DNA of 64,000 nt, from positions 3,968,001 through 4,032,000 of the forward strand of contig OZ242318.1 of assembly GCA_965208105.1 (NCBI GenBank), in the 5' to 3' direction. The notes beneath the pieces were generated by a model, which was not told the origin of the DNA, ran no database searches, and worked only from the letters and a program-made list of their open reading frames with translations. This DNA comes from Candidatus Latescibacterota bacterium (GTDB taxonomy: Bacteria > Latescibacterota > UBA2968 > UBA8231). Below, piece after piece: positions 57,530 through 64,000 of the stretch (position 1 is the stretch's first letter; the number at the start of each line of letters is the position of its first letter). Both the position numbers and the translations under genes were made by a program.

Positions 57530-60502
57530 CTAAAGCAGAGTGCCGAAATTGGGGAAACCTATGAGCGCTCTAACGAAGAACGACATCCCATCCAACCCCT
57601 CTGTTCGCCTCAGGCGATCGTCGAAGTTCGTCTCGTCGCGAACAAAACCGATTATCGTCGTTAGATCGTAGCCGAAAAAGCGCGACCGGTTGGTCACGGT
57701 GAAAATGGCCGTTCGTCGGTCATAACTCCCGGATGGGTGCGCACGGTCCTCCAGCCGATACGGCAATGGTCCAATGCCCTGTATTCCTGCACCCAGGGTC
57801 GTGCGGGGCAGCAGTGGATAGCTTAGTTGCACGATTGGGATCGTCTCGAACTCCCAGCGAATGGTCAGGTCCCGCTGCTGGTCGACGAAGCGCAGGAGCT
57901 GAAATTTGAATTTCGGCTGCACGCTCAACGCCCCCAGCCTCCATGTGTAATCCACCCGGCTGACCGTGGTCCAGTGATCCAACCGGCTACCTCGCTGGAA
58001 GAGTCCTCCGGGCAGGTGCCCGCCCTGCTGCCAGTTGAGCCGCAGGCGCAGCTTCTGCACTACATTGAAGGTCGACCAGGGCCGTAGTCTTCCTTCGAGG
58101 TATGTCTCGTTGACAAAACTATCCTTGTAGAACAGCGGATCCGCCCGCATCCGGCCCGGAAACGCCGGCAAATCGGTGAGGAGACCGCCACCGCGTACGT
58201 ATTGGGTGTGCAGAGTTCGAGTAAAATTGCGTCGCTCCACGATCGCGTTGTATGCATCCGGGATATCGTCCTGGACCCGGCGAAGGTGGTTCTCGAAAAA
58301 CAGACGTCGGACGCGATGAACCCCGTCTCTGCGGTAGATCAAAATCGCGTAGGTGGATTTGTTGCGCCCTGCGCCGGCGATCTCTTCAACCGCATATCGC
58401 CCGGCGGCCAGGGACCAGTGACGGCTTAAATCCATCTGCCCAAAGAGATGAAATCCGCGCTGGTCCGAGTCATACGGATAGTCGGGGTCCAGGTCGTCTT
58501 CGCGGTGATCGGGCTCATTGTTGTTGTTGCGATCCAGGCCGTAGACGTACTCGTTCGGCTCCACATAATACATCAGAAACGGCTCGTCATAGTCCGGTTG
58601 CAGGTTGTGGTTGCGGTTGGTATCGGGAATACCGTCGCCGTCCTCATCCTGGCTCAGATAGACCCCGTCCGGATCGACGCCGCGCGTGTCGTATATGGAG
58701 GAGGTGAGGATGTTGCCGATCCTCTTGTCGGGGAACCCGTCGCCATCCTCGTTGTCCTGTGACAGATCCCAGTAGATCGTATTGTTGACCACGCCATTTA
58801 TGGGGCTCAGGGGATGCAGGTCCCCTCCATCCGGCCGCAGGAAACTGCGCATCGAGGTCCGGTAGGTCGGGTTCATGGAGAAGTACTCGCCGCCCAGCCG
58901 CCAACGTCCGAACCATCGCGTCGCATTGATGAAATAGGCCGAGCCGCGATCGGCAAAGCGCGGACTCTCATCGAACAGGGGCTCCCCTGCCCTCTGCGCC
59001 GGATAGCGGGCGTAGAGGGCCGAGCGCGCGTACTCGCCGTTGATCTCCAGTCCCGCCAGTCGCAAGTTGAAATCCGTGCCGTAGATGAAGATTGCGGTGT
59101 TCTCACCCACCTTGAAGCGCACCGTTTTCAGGTTCGACATGTCCTGCACATTCCCTTCGGCGCGCTCGCCGGTGGCATAGAAGGTGCTATTGAATCGCCC
59201 CACATAGTCAGTGGCGTGCGGATTTGCCATGCTCAGGGTCGCCGTCTCCACCCGGTAATCATTGCCCACGACAGCCTCCACCTCTACTTCTTCGACGTGG
59301 TGTTCCTGCGACACGTCGAAGAGGTAGACCAGTTGGTCGTCTCCGTCAGCGCGCAGTACCGCCTCGGGTGATTCCAGTGCAAAATTTGCCACCAGTCCTT
59401 CGAGATTCGTCTGGTTGCTTACGTCGATCCCGTTGGCGTGATCCAGGCGGTAGAGATAGTCGGCAAACACTGGAATCTCGTCCCGACCCCGGAAGAAGAG
59501 AGGTTGTGGAATTACGCCGCCGCCCTTATAAGCGTAGTTGACCCTTTCGTAGCCGCTCGCAGCAAATTCTCCGGTCAGCCGTGAAAGCTTACCCACCTGG
59601 GATGGTACCCTGGCAATATGCCGTACGACCTGGGCTCGGATATCCGGCCGCACCTGGCCATTGATCACCAGCTGCACCTGCTGCACTACAGCACCGCCTC
59701 TGCCATCTGCAGGCGAGTCGTCCACAAAGCGCACAATGACCCACTCGATCAAAGGCTGGTCAGGCCGCAGCCGGCCCTTGAGACTGTTGCCCGGCTGCGT
59801 GCTATTGTACACATGCAGGTTCACTCCGTTGACACCCACGCGAAGCCCACCAACCTCAGTCTGCAAGCGGCCGCCCAGGAGGAGGCTGGAATCCTCGGCG
59901 AACTGGGTTTGCCACTGGTGCCACTGAGCGTTCGGCGAGACGTTGTGAGGTAAAGTGAAATGGGGCCTTTCGATGCGGGATGCCAGGGCGGTGAACTCTA
60001 GCTGGGGAAGGGCCCCATCCAGGCGCATTCCCTTGAAATCGGTCATCGACAGGGTCAGAGGCGTAAAGCGCGCCGTGAGCGCATCCCCTACCATTAGACT
60101 ATAGTTCCAACTACCGTACCCGTCATGCCCTACTGCGACGTACCCGAACACCTCGCTCCAGCTAAGCTCTTCTTTGAAGATCTGGCTTCCATAGTTTTGA
60201 CCATGCCTGCGGTGCTCAAGCCAGCTGTACAGGTCGTATCCCGTGGTGAGATACTCCCCGGTATGGCCATAGAAGGCCTTGGGAGTATCTTCATAGGGAG
60301 CTGTGTGGTTTGGGTAGTTTTCGAACGGTTGGAAAGCGTAGTTGCGGTAAGGCGGCAGGTTCCGCCGCAGAAAGGTCTGCGCCGGCTCAATTTCACGTAC
60401 GGATAAACGCGGCTGCTCCCCTGGGCTGCTCTCTGATTCGACGATCCAGGTTGCGAGCAGGAAGAGGCATCCCAAAATCGTACGGACCGGGAAAGGTGCC
60501 AT
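57530..60502 (-). CDS. Large exported hypothetical protein (possible outer-membrane beta-barrel)
   Basis: Signal peptide, alternating-hydrophobic beta-strand C-terminal region, internal DxDGDG/DxNxN Ca-binding-like repeats. Confidence 0.75.
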   Translation of the reverse strand: MAPFPVRTILGCLFLLATWIVESESSPGEQPRLSVREIEPAQTFLRRNLPPYRNYAFQPFENYPNHTAPYEDTPKAFYGHTGEYLTTGYDLYSWLEHRRHGQNYGSQIFKEELSWSEVFGYVAVGHDGYGSWNYSLMVGDALTARFTPLTLSMTDFKGMRLDGALPQLEFTALASRIERPHFTLPHNVSPNAQWHQWQTQFAEDSSLLLGGRLQTEVGGLRVGVNGVNLHVYNSTQPGNSLKGRLRPDQPLIEWVIVRFVDDSPADGRGGAVVQQVQLVINGQVRPDIRAQVVRHIARVPSQVGKLSRLTGEFAASGYERVNYAYKGGGVIPQPLFFRGRDEIPVFADYLYRLDHANGIDVSNQTNLEGLVANFALESPEAVLRADGDDQLVYLFDVSQEHHVEEVEVEAVVGNDYRVETATLSMANPHATDYVGRFNSTFYATGERAEGNVQDMSNLKTVRFKVGENTAIFIYGTDFNLRLAGLEINGEYARSALYARYPAQRAGEPLFDESPRFADRGSAYFINATRWFGRWRLGGEYFSMNPTYRTSMRSFLRPDGGDLHPLSPINGVVNNTIYWDLSQDNEDGDGFPDKRIGNILTSSIYDTRGVDPDGVYLSQDEDGDGIPDTNRNHNLQPDYDEPFLMYYVEPNEYVYGLDRNNNNEPDHREDDLDPDYPYDSDQRGFHLFGQMDLSRHWSLAAGRYAVEEIAGAGRNKSTYAILIYRRDGVHRVRRLFFENHLRRVQDDIPDAYNAIVERRNFTRTLHTQYVRGGGLLTDLPAFPGRMRADPLFYKDSFVNETYLEGRLRPWSTFNVVQKLRLRLNWQQGGHLPGGLFQRGSRLDHWTTVSRVDYTWRLGALSVQPKFKFQLLRFVDQQRDLTIRWEFETIPIVQLSYPLLPRTTLGAGIQGIGPLPYRLEDRAHPSGSYDRRTAIFTVTNRSRFFGYDLTTIIGFVRDETNFDDRLRRTEGLDGMSFFVRALIGFPNFGTLL

Positions 60503-60701
60503 AGTCCCAATCCTCTACAGGCGGAACCTCAGGTCCTGGCGAATGTATCCTGTGGCTTCTCCGGAAGAACTAAACGACCCTCGCCTATAAGGCGAGGGGT
60601 TTCCACCACCTCGAGCAAGAAACTAATGCAATTTGCAGCTTGTTGTTTTTCGAACTATCGATTCTGAGGCGGGCACCCTATGCGCGGATTCTTAAACGGC
60701 G

Positions 60702-60730
60702 AATATAGTGACCAGGGGTTGCATTGTCAA
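60702..60730 (-). promoter_or_regulatory. Sigma-70 promoter
   Basis: TTGACA-17 nt-TATATT on the minus strand, about 200 nt upstream of 60502. Confidence 0.65.
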
Positions 60731-60890
60731 CTCAGCTTGTCCGGTGCCATTCACGATAAGGATAGGGAATGTCCCACGCGGTGCCATGCATGGAAAAAGG
60801 CGCCACCACTACTTGACCGGCTGCGAAAAGGCCCTTAATAATTTCTGTGTTCCGACCTGAGCCGCGCCGGACCGCGACTGGACCGATCCG

Positions 60891-62384
60891 ATGGACCATC
60901 AACTCATAGAACCGCATAAACATCGCCAGCTGTTCGCGGACGACGCCGCCCTGGAGACGGGGGCCGGCGCCCAGAACCACGGGTGGGCTCGAACCATGCA
61001 CCGGCCCAAAAAGTGCGGGCCCGTGATCCGCCCCGACCGCGCGCGGGGCCAGCGCTCCCTGCAGAGCCGGAGCGCTCCCCAGTGGAACCCGGACAAGGGC
61101 ATCTGGGAATGGTGGTACTTTGGCGACCACGTCTACTACGCCACCTCCACCGACGGCGAAACCTGGGAGCGGCCGCCGCTTGGACGCTACGAGTGGAACG
61201 GCTCCAGGGACAACAACATTGCCGACGATCCGGAGGCGGGTGAACGGCAACGCCTGACACACGTCATTCGCGACGCGGCAGACCCCGACCCGCGCCGTCG
61301 CTACAAGGCCCTGTTCACCCGCCGGGCGGTGATCAACGCCAGCTCCCGTTTCCTGGCGACCTCGCCCGATGGTTTCGACTGGACTTTGCTGGACAGACCG
61401 CCCATTCCCAGCAGCGACGAATGCCACTTCACCTACGATGAGTTCGGCGCTCAATACCTGGCCATGGTGAAGCACGGCACCGAGTGGGGGCGCTCGGTAT
61501 TTCTCTCCACCAGCAAGGACTTCGAACAGTTCACCGATCCACAGCTCATCTTTCACTCGGACGAAATCGATCGCGAGAACTGCCGGCGGCGGGTCCGGAA
61601 GGTGGTGGAGAATCCGGCCTATATCACGCCGCCGATCGTCGATGAGATGGACTATATCGCCGAGGTCTACCAGATGGCGGTGATGCCGTACGAAGGATGC
61701 TACTTCGGATTTCCCGGCTTGTTCAATCCGTTTGGGGCGATCCCCCCGCCGGAGAAGAACTTCACGCGCATCAACCAGGTGGAGCTCGCCTTCTCCCGCG
61801 ACCTGTACCACTGGGACCGGGTGGCCAACCGGGCGCCGTTTATCGGCATCGAACCGTGGGACGGCGAGCGCTACGACACCAGCCAGGTGCTCTTGACCGG
61901 ACGGCCCGCGGTGCGGCCGGACCTGGGGGAGATCTGGATCTACTACAACGCCCTGCGCCTGCCCGGCGACCGGGAAAATTACCGGGAATATAACCGCAAT
62001 CGGGAACTCTTCCGGCTGAACGTGGATCCCGACCTCTTCGAGGACAGGGGCGCCCTGTCGCTGGCCAAACTGCGGCTGGACGGCTTTCTCTCTCTCGACG
62101 GCGGCGAGGCGGCGACCATCACGACCAAACCGTTTCTGCTGCGGGGAGAGGAGGTCTACCTCAACGTCGACGCCAAATGGGGGGCGGTCTACGCCGAGAT
62201 CGTCGACGGAGAGACCCTGAAGCGCTTTCCCGGCTTCACCATGATCGGGCAACCGGTCAGCGGCGACCACCTGCGCGCCCGAATCGTCTGGAACGGAGAC
62301 CGCGAGCGGGTCTTCGAGCGGCCGGTCCGCCTCATATTCGACCTGCACCAGGCCAGGCTTTATTCTTTCTGGCTGGAAAAGTGA
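60891..62384 (+). CDS. Beta-propeller protein, GH32/GH43-like fold
   Basis: RQLFADD, YATSTDGETW, ATSPDGFDW, STSKDF, FSRDLYHW (Asp-box-like), LRLDGF, LYSFW. Confidence 0.75.
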   Translation: MDHQLIEPHKHRQLFADDAALETGAGAQNHGWARTMHRPKKCGPVIRPDRARGQRSLQSRSAPQWNPDKGIWEWWYFGDHVYYATSTDGETWERPPLGRYEWNGSRDNNIADDPEAGERQRLTHVIRDAADPDPRRRYKALFTRRAVINASSRFLATSPDGFDWTLLDRPPIPSSDECHFTYDEFGAQYLAMVKHGTEWGRSVFLSTSKDFEQFTDPQLIFHSDEIDRENCRRRVRKVVENPAYITPPIVDEMDYIAEVYQMAVMPYEGCYFGFPGLFNPFGAIPPPEKNFTRINQVELAFSRDLYHWDRVANRAPFIGIEPWDGERYDTSQVLLTGRPAVRPDLGEIWIYYNALRLPGDRENYREYNRNRELFRLNVDPDLFEDRGALSLAKLRLDGFLSLDGGEAATITTKPFLLRGEEVYLNVDAKWGAVYAEIVDGETLKRFPGFTMIGQPVSGDHLRARIVWNGDRERVFERPVRLIFDLHQARLYSFWLEK

Positions 62385-62552
62385 TACGAGCGCAGGGGAA
62401 CGGGTGATTCGAGCTCGGATTGCGGATCTTCCCGGCCGGCGGCGGGACCGGCGGTGAAGGCGATTCTTCCGTCGAAGACCAGCGGTACCGTTTCGAACCG
62501 GAGCATCGGAAGTGGTGCAGGCAGCGACTCAAGTGCTTGAAATAGCGTCAGA

Positions 62553-62595
62553 TAACACAAGCCCCCGAAGAACACGTCCTCGGAGGCTTGTGTTA
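62553..62595. terminator. Hairpin between the convergent CDS and tRNA
   Basis: TAACACAAGCC.CCGA / TCGG.GGCTTGTGTTA. Confidence 0.6.
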
Positions 62596-62630
62596 AATAA
62601 CTGACCGCCTGGAGTTCGCGGCTGATCTTC

Positions 62631-62707
62631 TGGTAGCGGTGGAGGGACTCGAACCCCCGACACGTGGATTATGATTCCACTGCTCTAACCAGCTGAGCTA
62701 CACCGCC
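62631..62707 (-). tRNA. tRNA-Met (CAT), elongator type
   Basis: GGCGGTG acceptor, TAGCTCAGCTGGTTAGAGC D-arm, GTGGA-ATCATAA-TCCAC anticodon arm, GGTTCGAGTCC T-arm, encoded CCA. tRNA-Ile2 is not fully excluded. Confidence 0.93.
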
Positions 62708-62728
62708 AAACCCAATTCCTCTTGGCAA

Positions 62729-62757
62729 AAGCTAGTTCCAAGGATGATTCCTGTCAA
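62729..62757 (-). promoter_or_regulatory. tRNA promoter
   Basis: TTGACA-17 nt-TAGCTT on the minus strand. Confidence 0.6.
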
Positions 62758-62770
62758 CAAAATCCCCGCC

Positions 62771-62936
62771 TAGTGTCCCGTCGCAGAGATAGGTTGACGA
62801 AATTAGGCCGCCGAGGCGGCAGGCTCACAAGGCGCCTGAGCGAGTCGTACCAGTAGTGTACGGCGAGTGAAGGCAACGCCGTGAGCCGGAATGGATCGGC
62901 GGAATAATGGTGACATATTTCTGCGGCGGGACACTA
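62771..62936 (+). mobile_element. MITE copy 6 (full)
   Basis: TA-GTGTCCCGTCGCAGAGAT...TCTGCGGCGGGACAC-TA. The CTA at 62934-62936 is the M16 peptidase stop. Confidence 0.92.
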
Positions 62937-64000
62937 GAACCCAAATATGTCCTCCAGGTCCAACTCGACGATGCTCCCGTGTCGGGCCAGGTCCTCCAGG
63001 TCGATCTTGCTCCTGTCTCCCACGATGGAAATCAGCCGGGGGCGGTTCCGGATATGGTCGCGGTGGAATCCCAGCATCGCTTCCAGCGAAGATCGCTGAA
63101 GTTCCTCGAAGCGCTTGGCACGCGGGTCGATCGGGACCTCCTGGCGCTCCCAGGTGCGCACCGCGCCCAGGACCTGGCGAAACCCGAGGCGAGAGGTGCG
63201 GTAGTCGTTTAGCAGGGCTTGCCGGGCGGCCTCGAAGCGCTCTTCGGAGACCGGGGGGTGATCGAGGAGGTCGAGAAAAACCTCCACGGCCTCCATGGTC
63301 TTGTCCGCCTGGCAGCCTACGACTCCGACCATGAGGCCGGGCTCCGCCTTGCGCTTGCCGTGAAGGTAGCGCGCTCCGGCAGAGTAGGCCAGGGCGCGCG
63401 CTTCGCGAAGTTCCTGAAATACCACTCCGGCCATGCCGCCCGCAAAGTACTCGTTGTAGAGTTGTATGAACGGGCGCAGACCCTCCTCGTAGGGACCGTC
63501 TCCGGATTCGATCCGCACCAGGGCCTGGGCCATCTCCTTGTCGAAGAAATAGGTTTCGTTTGCCGCGGGCAGGCGGGTATTCAGGACCTGGTAGGGAGGA
63601 GGCGGTTGCAATTCTCCTTCCATCCTGTAACTCTGTTCAAGGTGGTCGAGGAGCTCGTTCAGGGTCAGGGACCCGGTATAGCTCAGGGCGTGCTCGAAGG
63701 TCAGAAGGCCGCCGATCAACCGGTGGAGTTCCTGCCCGCGCAGCTCCTGAAGTTCAGCATTGGAGAGGATGCGGCGGAAGTAGGACTGATCGCCCCAGCG
63801 GTTGAACTGGTAGAGTGCCCGGCTGATGGTGCGATTGTCCTTTCGGGCGTCGGCTCGTTCCTTGAGGATGATGCTGACCAGTTCTTCGAATACAGCCTCC
63901 TCGGCCGCCGGCCGCTGCAGGAATTCCATCAGCAGGGCGAGAGAAGCTCCAAAGTTTTCGTCGAGCCCGGCGATGGTGACGGTCGTTTCGTGGTCGCCGA
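62934..64000 (-). CDS. M16 (insulinase) family peptidase, C-terminal part (5'-partial)
   Basis: YNEYFAGGM.GVVFQELREARALAYSA, QADKT; frame continues past the window edge. Confidence 0.88.
   Translation of the reverse strand, partial: GDHETTVTIAGLDENFGASLALLMEFLQRPAAEEAVFEELVSIILKERADARKDNRTISRALYQFNRWGDQSYFRRILSNAELQELRGQELHRLIGGLLTFEHALSYTGSLTLNELLDHLEQSYRMEGELQPPPPYQVLNTRLPAANETYFFDKEMAQALVRIESGDGPYEEGLRPFIQLYNEYFAGGMAGVVFQELREARALAYSAGARYLHGKRKAEPGLMVGVVGCQADKTMEAVEVFLDLLDHPPVSEERFEAARQALLNDYRTSRLGFRQVLGAVRTWERQEVPIDPRAKRFEELQRSSLEAMLGFHRDHIRNRPRLISIVGDRSKIDLEDLARHGSIVELDLEDIFGF

Noticed and set aside
1-64000. CRISPR array, rRNA, prophage, or DGR/retron
   Set aside because: No regularly spaced repeats, cas, phage or reverse transcriptase genes were seen. 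The FGE-domain gene has no template-repeat partner that I could find.

Overview
High-GC bacterial chromosome segment. The gene content (two DUF6784/DUF6785-type membrane proteins, a FlgD/T9SS-type C-terminal domain, four PhyH dioxygenases, sulfatases, secreted LRR and TPR proteins) suggests Ca. Latescibacterota or a related FCB-group lineage, possibly sponge-associated; this is inference. The region 1-31.5 kb is mostly housekeeping and catabolic genes (lnt, MATE, ATL, kdgK-like kinase, TonB receptor, M42 peptidase, SSS symporter, RNB nuclease, PhoX, rnpB, pyrF). The region 33.5-62.4 kb is an accessory-looking patchwork that ends at tRNA-Met. The most striking structure is a three-layer nest at 31.56-33.43 kb. 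An orphan bridge/seekRNA-like scaffold was interrupted by a 162-bp MITE, and an intact IS1111-group IS110 element then inserted exactly at that MITE's CTAG terminus. The IS non-coding region carries guide segments matching both strands of the insertion site and its own donor end, while the orphan scaffold has different guides in the same loop positions. The MITE occurs six times (four full length); three copies supply the TAG stop of an adjacent gene. Other oddities are a homocysteine S-methyltransferase/SAM-methyltransferase fusion, two sulfatase paralogs lacking the GKWH motif, and a long leader containing a terminator and a micro-ORF. All product calls come from motif recognition by eye; no database search was run.
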